Source: Promethearchaeota archaeon Loki_b32
GTDB lineage: Archaea > Asgardarchaeota > Lokiarchaeia > Sigyniarchaeales > SOKP01
Length of the DNA stretch: 55,678 bases
Assembly: GCA_005223125.1 (NCBI GenBank)
Contig: NJBH01000025.1
Span: forward strand, 1-55,678
Direction: 5' to 3'
Notes under the pieces: generated by a model
Told to the model about the DNA's origin: nothing
The model's input: only the letters and a program-made list of their open reading frames with translations
Database searches by the model: none
Position numbers and translations under genes: made by a program
In this document: in pieces, positions 18,193-28,021 of the stretch
Numbering within the stretch: position 1 is the first letter of the stretch
Layout: each line of letters starts with the position of its first letter

Positions 18193-18486
18193 TTTTATAT
18201 TTATTATTCTTTTCTCACGGTGGTGCCAGCCAATTAGCCCTGACATATTAGATGGGATACTGGACCAGAAAGTATAGTATCACTCTTGTCCATCCAACCT
18301 TGAAGAAACCTATAGAATTTCTGTTTACATTCGGTTTTCAGGGCATTTCAAGAATACTACCGATATGTACATATTATGGACTCTGTTGTAAAATCTCTGG
18401 AATGGAAATAATTATCCCACACGATAGGTTTATTCTCAATCAGGTGTTTATTAATTCTCGAAATTAAAAAATAAATTGCTTCAAAA

Positions 18487-18681
18487 TTAATTATCTTTTT
18501 TCATTCTTTTATAGTCAGCAATACAATAATGCCAGATTGCTTCGATTAAAAAAAATAAAGTAAGAAAACCAAACACGGAGGCCCACCATTCTAAAATGTA
18601 ATAAGACCAGATCAGAACCAATATCATGCCCGTAATCAATAAAATTGAGCCATGTATCTCTAATTTCATTATATCATCCAT
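18487..18681 (-). CDS. Small two-TM membrane protein
   Basis: Two hydrophobic segments; GAGG SD-like motif upstream. Confidence 0.65.
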   Translation of the reverse strand: MDDIMKLEIHGSILLITGMILVLIWSYYILEWWASVFGFLTLFFLIEAIWHYCIADYKRMKKDN

Positions 18682-19088
18682 TTTAAAACCTCAAGATTAT
18701 TTATTATATATAAATTAGTACTTGATTAAATGATCATACACACCATTATTTTTAATGCTTCTTCTCTACATAATTCTAAATTAGGCAGGTCAAATCCGAT
18801 CTATATCCATAAAAGCGAATAGAAAATATCCCGAAGATATAGTCAAAAATATGCCTTAGGTTCTTTTTTCTGCCAGATCTTCTTTTTATAAAGAAGAATA
18901 TTGGAGAAATAATTTTTTTCAGACAATATGACTTTACTCACTCGCTTCTCTTTCAGAGAACCACTCAACTTTTTTAAAGTTTAATTATAAATCGCTCCCA
19001 AATTATCTTGAAAGTTCACTTTATAAATTTTAATTCCCTATAATGGTTTTAATAATGTAGGAAAATGTTTAACTTCAAGAAAAATGGG

Positions 19089-19165
19089 ACTAATTTTTTC
19101 AAGGGGATATCAGGGAACTGACCTTTTTATTTTTCCTTGGAAGATCTAGACTTCAATGAAAATTA
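19089..19165 (+). repeat. Partial third copy of the hairpin's right arm plus its downstream flank
   Basis: actaattttttcaaggggatatcagggaactgacctttt...cttcaatgaaaa aligns with 20789-20865. Confidence 0.8.
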
Positions 19166-19191
19166 GCTTATAAACTGGCTAAATATCTTAT

Positions 19192-20463
19192 CTATAGATA
19201 TGAGCCAAATCGACTTTTCTTTTTTGGAAACATGGTTTCAATCAATGCTTTTAAGGGAATGTTTACTATAGCATCTTTGATGATGTAATTAATTTCATCA
19301 ATTGTTCTATCTCCCAGTAATAGTTTAAATAAAAGAGCTCCTGGAATACTGAGATCGGTAATTTTTGGGTTCAGATAATCTTTTTTAATTTCAATATTCT
19401 CAATTTTTCCATTATTAAAATCTAATTCGATAGTTTCATGATAATTGCTAATTCTTATAGTCTTAGTTAGTCCTTTAAATTCAGAATGTTTTACTCTATT
19501 TTCAATTATTTTCTTTATTAGATAAAAAAATTTTTCCAAATTTGGAATTTTTACTTGCCACCCATAAGTTGAAACAGTTTTTCCTCCTAAAGATTTGATA
19601 TAACTATACAATGGTGAATGTTCACTGATACTAAGAGTGATGATATCATTTTCATTATAATTTCCCATAGTTTTGATGAATTGAAGTAAAGTTATCATTT
19701 CTCTTTTGCTTAAGTCTAGACTAATAATTTCATAGTTTTGATTATCATAACTCATTCCAAAAGAAAAGTAATTTTTAGGTACACCAGCCTTATCAAAAAT
19801 ATTAGTAGATCGGACTTCTGAATTAAATTGTTCCTTTAAATATTTAAACTTAAAACATTTTGGATCAAATCTGTTAAAGATATAGAAGTTCCTATGGAAT
19901 TGAGTATATTTTGATTCAATAAAGGGAATATCGTTAGAATTAGCTTTTCTAATGTTTATACTTTCATATTTCTTAATAGGGATTTTGGATGCTGGAATCG
20001 TTATTCTCTCATCGAGAGATGACACATATTCATATCCTAAAGTACGGTAAAAATATGGTATCCCTTTAATAACTGAAAGAATATAGCCATTTTGATCAAT
20101 TATCTTTTCGTAAAGCTCGTTTAAAATTTTAATAAAGCCTTTTCCTCTATATTTTTCAAGAGTTCCAACAAACTCCATTTCGCATACGGGTAATGTAGTG
20201 TCTTCAATTTGCCATTCTAAAGGAGCTAAACAGATAGAAGAGACAAGTTTGTTTTCCTTATCATCTCTAATATAGAACCATAAAGTCTCACTTTTTCTGG
20301 GATGTTCTAAAAATATTTGACGAATAAAAGTTTCTAATACCTCATCTTGATGAACTTCCATATTTAAATTAACAATAGCTTTTAATTCCTCTTCATAATC
20401 TTCAGCAATATGAATACTGAAACGATCGTCAACTTTAGCACTATATCCTTTTCCAAATTCCAT
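19192..20463 (-). CDS. GNAT (Eis-like) acetyltransferase
   Basis: EFVGTLEKYRGKG and GIPYFYRTLGYE; the C-terminal domain is SCP2-like. Confidence 0.85.
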   Translation of the reverse strand: MEFGKGYSAKVDDRFSIHIAEDYEEELKAIVNLNMEVHQDEVLETFIRQIFLEHPRKSETLWFYIRDDKENKLVSSICLAPLEWQIEDTTLPVCEMEFVGTLEKYRGKGFIKILNELYEKIIDQNGYILSVIKGIPYFYRTLGYEYVSSLDERITIPASKIPIKKYESINIRKANSNDIPFIESKYTQFHRNFYIFNRFDPKCFKFKYLKEQFNSEVRSTNIFDKAGVPKNYFSFGMSYDNQNYEIISLDLSKREMITLLQFIKTMGNYNENDIITLSISEHSPLYSYIKSLGGKTVSTYGWQVKIPNLEKFFYLIKKIIENRVKHSEFKGLTKTIRISNYHETIELDFNNGKIENIEIKKDYLNPKITDLSIPGALLFKLLLGDRTIDEINYIIKDAIVNIPLKALIETMFPKKKSRFGSYL

Positions 20464-20601
20464 AATTTTGAAAATTTTTAGTTTTATTTCAATCTTTTTA
20501 AATTAAGGGGTTTATACTACCAAAAGACAAAAATCATAATATTAGAAGAAACAGTTTTTTCTAATAGTTAAAAATTTATTATAAGATAAGAGATTTTTAA
20601 A

Positions 20602-20823
20602 TATGGGCTTCGTCAACTTTTAAAAAAGATCCAAAACTCAGAAGTAGATTTAAACATCGTCCTAAACGAATATTTAGCTAATGCGTAAATGGTTTTTCTT
20701 TTTTAATTATTTTTTCAAATTACACATTTATTTTATACTAATACCAGTTCCCTGACTTCGTCCGTTGAATACTCACCTCACTCATTGTACTATTTTTTTC
20801 AAGGAGATATCAGGGAGCTGACC
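20602..20823 (+). repeat. 222-bp direct repeat, copy 2 (3' fragment of the 88-aa gene plus the hairpin at 20745-20820)
   Basis: See copy 1; the hairpin portion is identical. Confidence 0.95.
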
Positions 20824-20883
20824 CTTTTCCATTTTCTCGGAATACTTTAGCTTCACTGAAAAATAAAATCAATTAAAAAATTT

Positions 20884-21153
20884 TTACTCAGAGCCTAATT
20901 GCTTATCTAAGTCAATGATTAATGGAACCACTTTATCATCCTTTCTAACAACAACTTTTAAAACTCCATCTTCAATTGTAGCGCTCACAGGTTCAATCTT
21001 AGACACTTTCCCCTTTGTCCTCGATTCTAAACAAGTATGCACCTCGTTATAAAGATAGCATTTAGTACAACAGAATCCTACAGGCATGTATCCTACTATG
21101 GAACATTGGTCATATGCCTCACAATTACAATTATTACACATTTTTTTTATCAC
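20884..21153 (-). CDS. Small Cys-rich protein with an Hsp20-like C-terminal strand motif
   Basis: CNNCNC...C...CCTKC...HTC; SATIEDGVLKVVV. Confidence 0.6.
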   Translation of the reverse strand: MIKKMCNNCNCEAYDQCSIVGYMPVGFCCTKCYLYNEVHTCLESRTKGKVSKIEPVSATIEDGVLKVVVRKDDKVVPLIIDLDKQLGSE

Positions 21154-21248
21154 TTATTTATTTTTTATTTACTTTTTGTGAAATTTTATTTTATTTTATA
21201 AGTGGTTATTTCCACATTATTATAATATAACGTTTTCATATTTAAAGA

Positions 21249-21487
21249 TGATCATTCTTCGACACTTTCTGTTTCGAAAAGAATATATTCGTAAAGATTC
21301 GATCATGTGATGCTGTTTTCAACACATCAATTCTTAAAATTGATCATTCATAGCTTAAAAGAATACTTTTATCGAGATTTGTTAGTTGAAATTGCTGTAA
21401 TCGATCATTACTATTTTTATGATCGATCGTCAAAACTATATCTGAAAAATTACAACATTTTAAGGAGGTTTTGATCACCCTTGATCA
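21249..21487. promoter_or_regulatory. Cluster of eight YGATCR sites upstream of the hdr operon
   Basis: GATC at 21250, 21301, 21342, 21403, 21421, 21425, 21473 and 21483. Confidence 0.5.
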
Positions 21488-21718
21488 TCAAACCTATTTT
21501 TAATTAATTTTTCCAAAAATTAGGTAATAAGAAATTATTAAGAATAAAAGAAATACATAAGGAGGGAAATTAGGTGCTCAAAATAGAACTTAATAAGTGC
21601 GATTTTGATAATGTAAAACAAAAATAAAAGATTTGGTTATTGAAATTTACTAAAAAATTTATTAAATCTCTTTTATTTTCCTAACCATCTAGTAGATGGA
21701 TAAAAAAAACTTTTAGAC

Positions 21719-22216
21719 ATGTCTGTAATAAATTTTGAGTTTCGAAATGAAGTATTAAAACATAATGCTTCTTTAAGCTACTGCTATCAGTGTAGTACGT
21801 GTAGTGGTGGTTGCCCTGTTGCTCTGATAACTCAAGGTAGATATAATCCTCGGAAAATTATTGAAGAAGCGATTTTAGGGTTGCAGGATAAATTGATAGA
21901 AAAGCAAGATCCTAATCCTTGGCTTTGTTCAACCTGTCAAACATGCGTTGAGCTATGTCCTCAAAAGGTTGAGATTACTGAAATTTTTATATTAATAAAA
22001 AATAAGTGTTTTAATACTGGCAATGTTCCTGAAGCGTTTATTTCACAGGGGAGAGCTGTTTTAGAAAATGGAGTTGCACTTCCATATTCAAAAGCCATTA
22101 TTACCAGACGGGAGAAATTAGGACTTCCTTCGATAAAAACAGCACCGGTTGATGAAATAAAGAAAATATTAAAAGAGACTAAATTTGAAAATAAAATTCC
22201 AAAGGAGGGAGCATAA
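21719..22216 (+). CDS. hdrC: Heterodisulfide reductase subunit C
   Basis: CYQCSTCSGGCP and WLCSTCQTCVELCP. Confidence 0.92.
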   Translation: MSVINFEFRNEVLKHNASLSYCYQCSTCSGGCPVALITQGRYNPRKIIEEAILGLQDKLIEKQDPNPWLCSTCQTCVELCPQKVEITEIFILIKNKCFNTGNVPEAFISQGRAVLENGVALPYSKAIITRREKLGLPSIKTAPVDEIKKILKETKFENKIPKEGA

Positions 22217-22219
22217 ATT

Positions 22220-23083
22220 ATGTCTTATGATTTATTTTTAGGGTGTGTAATTCCGGCAAGGCTTCCATTCTTAGAAGCATCTTCAAGAAAAATATTTGAA
22301 AAACTTGGTATTAAATTGAATGATGTTGATGGGTTCAGTTGTTGTCCTGATCCTACAGGAATTGAACTTATAGATCATAAAACTTGGTTAGCTTTAGGAG
22401 CAAGAAATTTAAGTTTATCAAATAATAATGGAGGAATTATCTCTTTTTGTTCGGGTTGTGTTGAAACTCTTAAAGGAGTTAATTACTATATAAACAAGGA
22501 TCCTGAAGTAAAAAATGATGTAAATAAAATTTTAAAGAGTGTTGGCAAGAAATATGAGGGTAAAACTGAAGTAAAGCATTTTGCTCAGGTTCTTTATGAA
22601 AATCTTGATAAAGTAAGAGAGAATGTGGAACATCCTTTAATTGGTTTTAAAGTTGCCGTTCATTATGGATGCCATTATTTGAGACCTTCTGAGATAATTA
22701 ATTGGGATGATCCTTTTGAACCAACCACTATTGATGAAATTGTTAGAGCTATAGGAGCTGATTCTATAGATTATGAATTAAAGATGGAATGCTGTGGAAA
22801 TCCTCTTGACAAATCAGATAAAGAAATTTCTCTTCAAATGATAGATAACAAATTTAAATCAATTCAAAAATCTGGAGCGAATTGTGTTAGCTTAGTATGT
22901 CCTGCATGCTATCAACAATTTGATTTCAATCAACGAGAACTGAGTAAAGGAAAAGAAAATGGTTATAATTTCCCTGTTTTTTATCTCTCAGAGTTAGTAG
23001 CACTCGCATTTGGGTTTAAACCTGAAGAATTAGGATTGAATTTTCATCGAGTTCGACCTAAAGAATTATTGGAAGGATTTTAG
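22220..23083 (+). CDS. hdrB: Heterodisulfide reductase subunit B
   Basis: FLGC, SCCP, HYGCH, CCG and CPAC motifs (CCG domains). Confidence 0.93.
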   Translation: MSYDLFLGCVIPARLPFLEASSRKIFEKLGIKLNDVDGFSCCPDPTGIELIDHKTWLALGARNLSLSNNNGGIISFCSGCVETLKGVNYYINKDPEVKNDVNKILKSVGKKYEGKTEVKHFAQVLYENLDKVRENVEHPLIGFKVAVHYGCHYLRPSEIINWDDPFEPTTIDEIVRAIGADSIDYELKMECCGNPLDKSDKEISLQMIDNKFKSIQKSGANCVSLVCPACYQQFDFNQRELSKGKENGYNFPVFYLSELVALAFGFKPEELGLNFHRVRPKELLEGF

Positions 23084-23140
23084 AATTTAAAAAAAATATA
23101 AAATAAATTTATAAACTTAAAAATAAGAATTGGTAAAAAA

Positions 23141-24235
23141 ATGGGATTAGCAGATATAAAAACATTCAAAAATTTGGAAGATGATGTAATCTCGGTTAAT
23201 AGATGTTGTGCTTGTGGCGCCTGTATAGCATATTGTGAAAACCAGGCATTTAATGTTATTGAGATTGAAAATTATACTCCAAAGTTTAAAACTGATAAGA
23301 GCGTTGAAAATTGTTTAGAATGTGGATATTGTTATTATATTTGTCCGCAAACAGAACCTTTATTAGATAAATTAAGAGAAGCACATTTAGTTAAAGATGA
23401 ACTTGGGAACATCATTGATATTTTTGCTGCAAAAACCACAAATGCGAAGATTAAAGAAGTCGGACAAGATGGAGGTATTGTATCAACTATTTTAACATAT
23501 TTATTTGATACTAATAATATTGATGCCGCAATTGTATCAGAATATGATGATAGTTTTAAACCAATACCCAAAATAATATACAGTAAAGATGATTTAGTAA
23601 AATCAGCAGGTACTCGATATTCGATATCATCTAATATACTACCATTAAAAGATTTAACTCAAATCGCAGAAGATATAATTTCTCAAAAGAAACGTATTTA
23701 TGATCCCGATCAATTACGAATTGCTTTTATTGGAACACCATGCCAATGTAGAGCTATTAGTAAGATGAAACTTTTGAATATTAAACCTGCACATGTTATA
23801 AGTATAGTAATTGGTCTTTTTTGTTTTGAAAATTTTGATTATGATAAATTGATGGATATTTTAAAGTCAAAAACACAAACAAATCCTTCAGATATAAAGA
23901 AAACAAATATTAAGAAGAACTTTTTTGTCACATCGAAAGATGACTCTGTGAAGGAAGTAAGTATTAAGGATCTTGATGCTGCTGTAAGGAATCATTGTCA
24001 TGAATGTGATGAATTTGTAGGGAGATATTCAGATCTTAGTATTGGAGCCTCTGGCGCGCCTACTGGTTATTCAATGATTCTTACTCGAACTGAAAAGGGA
24101 CATAGTTTAATAGATTCTTTACTCGCCACAGGATATATAGATCGATTTATTATTCCAGCAGATCAGATTTCAGAATGGCAACCTAAAAAAATCAATTGGT
24201 TAAAAAAAATGACTTCACTAAAAGTGAAGAAATAA
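23141..24235 (+). CDS. F420-dependent hydrogenase/dehydrogenase beta subunit-like (FrhB/FpoF family)
   Basis: Two ferredoxin motifs, GQDGGIVS, GTPCQ and IGLFC. Confidence 0.88.
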   Translation: MGLADIKTFKNLEDDVISVNRCCACGACIAYCENQAFNVIEIENYTPKFKTDKSVENCLECGYCYYICPQTEPLLDKLREAHLVKDELGNIIDIFAAKTTNAKIKEVGQDGGIVSTILTYLFDTNNIDAAIVSEYDDSFKPIPKIIYSKDDLVKSAGTRYSISSNILPLKDLTQIAEDIISQKKRIYDPDQLRIAFIGTPCQCRAISKMKLLNIKPAHVISIVIGLFCFENFDYDKLMDILKSKTQTNPSDIKKTNIKKNFFVTSKDDSVKEVSIKDLDAAVRNHCHECDEFVGRYSDLSIGASGAPTGYSMILTRTEKGHSLIDSLLATGYIDRFIIPADQISEWQPKKINWLKKMTSLKVKK

Positions 24236-24247
24236 AAGGTGATATGA

Positions 24248-25552
24248 TTGGAAAAAAATTCTAAAAGTGCACTAATTATTGGAGCCGGTATTGCTGGTAT
24301 TCAAGCAGCTTTAGATTTAGGAGATATGGGAATAAAAGTTCATTTAATTGAGAAAAATCCTGTAATTGGAGGAAAAATGGCACAGTTAGATAAGACATTT
24401 CCTACTTTAGACTGTTCAATTTGTATTTTAGCACCTAAATTATCAGAATGTTATAGGCATGAAAATATTACTCTTTACACACTTTCAGAAGTAAATTATG
24501 TTGAGGGTACAAGTGGGAATTTTACAGTAGATATCCTTAAACGTGCACGTTATGTTAAAGAAGATGTTTGTACTAATTGTGGTGATTGTGCTACAATTTG
24601 CCCAGTAAGAGGAGTTCCAAATTATTTTGATGCTAATTTGAAAAATATGGCAGCAGTATACATTCCTTTTCCCGCAGCAGTTCCTCCAGTCTATATAATT
24701 GATAAAAACACATGTGTTTACTTAAATTATGGAATTTGTGGACTATGTGCAAATATTTGTGGAGCTGAGGCAATTGATTTCTCACAAAAAGATGAAATTT
24801 TAAAAATTGATAATGTTGGTTGCATAATTGTCGCTCCAGGATATGGCTTATTGGAAGATGTCTCTCCGCTTACAAATTATGGTTATGGGAAATATAAAAA
24901 TGTAGTAACAGCCTTAGAATTTGAACGATTAATATGTGCTTCTGGACCATTAGAAGGACATCTAAAACGATTATCTGATGGTAAAGATCCTAAGAAACTT
25001 GCTTTTCTACAATGTATAGGATCACGTTCAGATAGAGATAAGAAGTATTGCTCTTCTATTTGTTGCATGTATAGTACGAAAGCAGCAATAATTGCTTATG
25101 AACATAATAACGATTTAGAATCATATGTTTTTTATATTGATATGAGAGCTGGAGGAAAAGGGTTTCAAACTTTTCTCCGTAGAGGAGTAGATGAATATAA
25201 CATTAAATATATTAAAAGTAAAATATCCCATATTGATGTTGACGAGGATGATACTCCTGTTATAACTTATGAAGATTATGATACATCTGAAATAAAACAG
25301 ATGAAAGTAGATTTAGCTGTTTTAGCAACGTGCATAATCCCATCACAAGGGATTGAAAAATTAGCAGATGTATTAGGAATTGAATTAAATAATTATAATT
25401 TTGTAAAAACAAATCCATTTTTACCAGTAGAAACGAGTGTGGAGGGAATTTTCACATGTGGTTGTGCTCGTGAACCAATGGATATTCCTCGTTCTGTTGC
25501 TGAAGCTAGTGGAGCAGCAGCAAGAGCAGCGGAAGTAATTAAAGGAGGTTAA
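24248..25552 (+). CDS. hdrA: HdrA-like protein, N-terminal module
   Basis: GAGIAG, LDKTFPTLDCSIC and YCSSICC; TTG start. Confidence 0.9.
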   Translation: MEKNSKSALIIGAGIAGIQAALDLGDMGIKVHLIEKNPVIGGKMAQLDKTFPTLDCSICILAPKLSECYRHENITLYTLSEVNYVEGTSGNFTVDILKRARYVKEDVCTNCGDCATICPVRGVPNYFDANLKNMAAVYIPFPAAVPPVYIIDKNTCVYLNYGICGLCANICGAEAIDFSQKDEILKIDNVGCIIVAPGYGLLEDVSPLTNYGYGKYKNVVTALEFERLICASGPLEGHLKRLSDGKDPKKLAFLQCIGSRSDRDKKYCSSICCMYSTKAAIIAYEHNNDLESYVFYIDMRAGGKGFQTFLRRGVDEYNIKYIKSKISHIDVDEDDTPVITYEDYDTSEIKQMKVDLAVLATCIIPSQGIEKLADVLGIELNNYNFVKTNPFLPVETSVEGIFTCGCAREPMDIPRSVAEASGAAARAAEVIKGG

Positions 25553-25559
25553 AGCGAAA

Positions 25560-27242
25560 ATGTCTGAAAAAGAAAGTGAAGATGTTAGAATTGGCGTCTT
25601 TGTTTGCTCTTGCGGGACGAACATCGGTGGTTTAATAAATGTTAAAGAAGTAGCAGAATATGCTAAATCTTTACCCAATGTTGTATTTACTGAAGATAAT
25701 TTGTATACTTGTTCAGAAACAGGATTAACACAGATTAAGAATGGAATTAGAGAGCATAATTTAAATCGAGTAGTTGTTGCTTCATGCACTCCGAGAACCC
25801 ACGAGCCTCTCTTTCGTGATTGCGTCAAGGATGAGGGCCTTAACGAGTATCTCTTTCAATTTGTAAATATTCGTGACCAATGTACCTGGGTTCATATGAA
25901 ACACCCTAAAGAAGCTTTTGAAAAGGCTAAAGAGGTGATTCGAATGGGTGTGGCAAAAGCTGCTAAACTTGAAGCTCTTGAAAATATTGTGGTTGATGCA
26001 ACTCCTACTGCTATAGTTATAGGAGGGGGTGTCACAGGAATGACAGCTGCCCTTAGCTTGGCAAATCAAGGATTTGAAACACATTTAGTAGAAAGAGATG
26101 ATAAATTAGGTGGACAGTTAAATATTATCAATAAATTGTTCCCTACAGGTCAAGATGCCTCTGAACTTTTAGGAAGTTTAAAGAAAAGAGTTGAGAGCAA
26201 TCCTAATTTGACTGTTTATACTTCAGCTAGTGTGAAAAATATTGAAGGTTTTGTAGGTAATTTTGAGATAGAAGTTGAACAAAAGGGTAAAAGTATTGAT
26301 TTAACTATAGGAGTTATTGTTGTTGCTGTCGGAGCTTCTTTATTAACGCCAACTGGAAAATTTGGCTATGATGGTAATATAAGAATCACTCAATATGAAT
26401 TAGAAAAGAAATTAAAAAATAATGAAGTTAAAGCTAAAGATATTGTAATGATACAATGCGTAGGAGCTCGTAATGATGAAAGAAAGTATTGTTCAAATGT
26501 TTGTTGTATGACAGCTTTGAAAAATGCTTTATTAATTAAAGAAAAAAATCCTCAAGCTAATATAACAATTTTATTTAGAGATTTGTATACTCCCGGAACT
26601 CATTATGAAGAATATTATAGAAGAGCTAGAGAAGCTGGAATTCTTTTTCTGAGTTATAAGCTCGAAAAGGAGCCTATTGTAGAAGAGAATAACGTAAAAG
26701 TATTCAATGAATATATTGGAGAAGAAATGAGTATTCCCTACGATTTACTAGTATTATCTACACCTCTGATCGCAAATAGTGATAACAAAGAGCTTGCTCA
26801 AATGTTAAAAGTTCCATTAGAAGAAAATAAATTCTTTTTAGAAGCTCATGTGAAATTAAGACCTATGGATTTCGCAACTGATGGTATTTTTATATGTGGA
26901 GCAGCAAAATGGCCTGTAGATCTTACAGAATCCATAACTCAAGGGTATGCAGCAGCAGGAAGAGCAAGTACAATTATATCTCATGATACTATAGAAGTAG
27001 AGGGCGCAACATCATTTCTACCGGAGTATAATAAGAATTTATGCACTGGATGTGAAATCTGTATAACTGTTTGTCCATATAAAGCGATAAGTAAGAATGA
27101 AAATGACGAGATTGAAATAACTCAAGTTCTTTGTAAAGGTTGCGGAGTTTGCGGAGCAACTTGTACTAGTCACGCTATAATAATAAGGCATTTTACAGAT
27201 GAGCAAATTTTATCTGAAATATATGCATTTGGAGGTATTTAA
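25560..27242 (+). CDS. hdrA: HdrA-like protein, C-terminal module
   Basis: RIGVFVCSCG, SCTPRTHE, IRDQC, EAHVKLRP and a C-terminal 2[4Fe-4S] domain. Confidence 0.9.
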   Translation: MSEKESEDVRIGVFVCSCGTNIGGLINVKEVAEYAKSLPNVVFTEDNLYTCSETGLTQIKNGIREHNLNRVVVASCTPRTHEPLFRDCVKDEGLNEYLFQFVNIRDQCTWVHMKHPKEAFEKAKEVIRMGVAKAAKLEALENIVVDATPTAIVIGGGVTGMTAALSLANQGFETHLVERDDKLGGQLNIINKLFPTGQDASELLGSLKKRVESNPNLTVYTSASVKNIEGFVGNFEIEVEQKGKSIDLTIGVIVVAVGASLLTPTGKFGYDGNIRITQYELEKKLKNNEVKAKDIVMIQCVGARNDERKYCSNVCCMTALKNALLIKEKNPQANITILFRDLYTPGTHYEEYYRRAREAGILFLSYKLEKEPIVEENNVKVFNEYIGEEMSIPYDLLVLSTPLIANSDNKELAQMLKVPLEENKFFLEAHVKLRPMDFATDGIFICGAAKWPVDLTESITQGYAAAGRASTIISHDTIEVEGATSFLPEYNKNLCTGCEICITVCPYKAISKNENDEIEITQVLCKGCGVCGATCTSHAIIIRHFTDEQILSEIYAFGGI

Positions 27243-27246
27243 TACC

Positions 27247-28008
27247 ATGAGTTTTGAACCGAAAATTTTAGGATTTTTATGTAATTGGTGTTCTTATGCG
27301 GGAGCAGATTTAGCTGGAGTTAGCAGAATGCAATACCCCCCAAATATTAGAGTAATAAGGGTTATGTGTAGTGGTCGAATAGACCCCAAATTTATTGTTG
27401 AAGCGCTCCGAGTTGGGGCTGATGGTGTAATTGTTTTGGGGTGCCATTTAGGAGACTGTCACTATCTTGAAGGAAATTACGAGGCAGAGAAGAAATTTGA
27501 CATGGTTAAAAAATTCCTTAAACTGATTGATTTTGATAATAGAGTAAGACTGGATTGGGTGTCTGCCTCAGAAGGTGCCAGATATGCTTCAATGATAACA
27601 GAATTTACAGATCATATTAAAACACTTGGGCCATCTCCTGCGGGTGGAGATAATCCAGATGATGAAATTCTTGAAGAATTAAAAGCTATTGAAGAAGCTG
27701 CTGGAAGTGACAGAATGAGGGCACTTGTTGGAAGAGAAAGAAAAATTACAGAACAAGAAAATGTATATGGAGAAACTGTATCACTTGATAAATTTAATGA
27801 AATTTTTGATCTAGCAATCAAAGATGAATATAATCGGCATAGAATTTTAGGATTATTGGAAAAAGAGTCTAAGTCTGTAAAAGACTTAGCAAAAGAATTA
27901 AAAATAGATTCAAGTATTGTTTTAGAACATATGATAACTTTAAAAAGTCGAGGTCAAGTTGACTTCGGAGAATTATTAGGAATTACACCAACGTTTCACA
28001 AACTGTAG
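27247..28008 (+). CDS. mvhD: MvhD [2Fe-2S] subunit fused to a C-terminal helical/winged-helix extension
   Basis: FLCNWCSYAGAD, CSGR and GCHLGDCHY; C-terminal SVKDLAKELKIDSSIVLEHMITLKSRG; ATG at 27247. Confidence 0.88.
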   Translation: MSFEPKILGFLCNWCSYAGADLAGVSRMQYPPNIRVIRVMCSGRIDPKFIVEALRVGADGVIVLGCHLGDCHYLEGNYEAEKKFDMVKKFLKLIDFDNRVRLDWVSASEGARYASMITEFTDHIKTLGPSPAGGDNPDDEILEELKAIEEAAGSDRMRALVGRERKITEQENVYGETVSLDKFNEIFDLAIKDEYNRHRILGLLEKESKSVKDLAKELKIDSSIVLEHMITLKSRGQVDFGELLGITPTFHKL

Positions 28009-28021
28009 AGGGGATAAAAAA

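Noticed and set aside
18252-19060. 71-aa ORF and degraded coding-like sequence at about 18730-19000
   Set aside because: Multiple stops and frameshifts and no assignable family; probably pseudogene debris.
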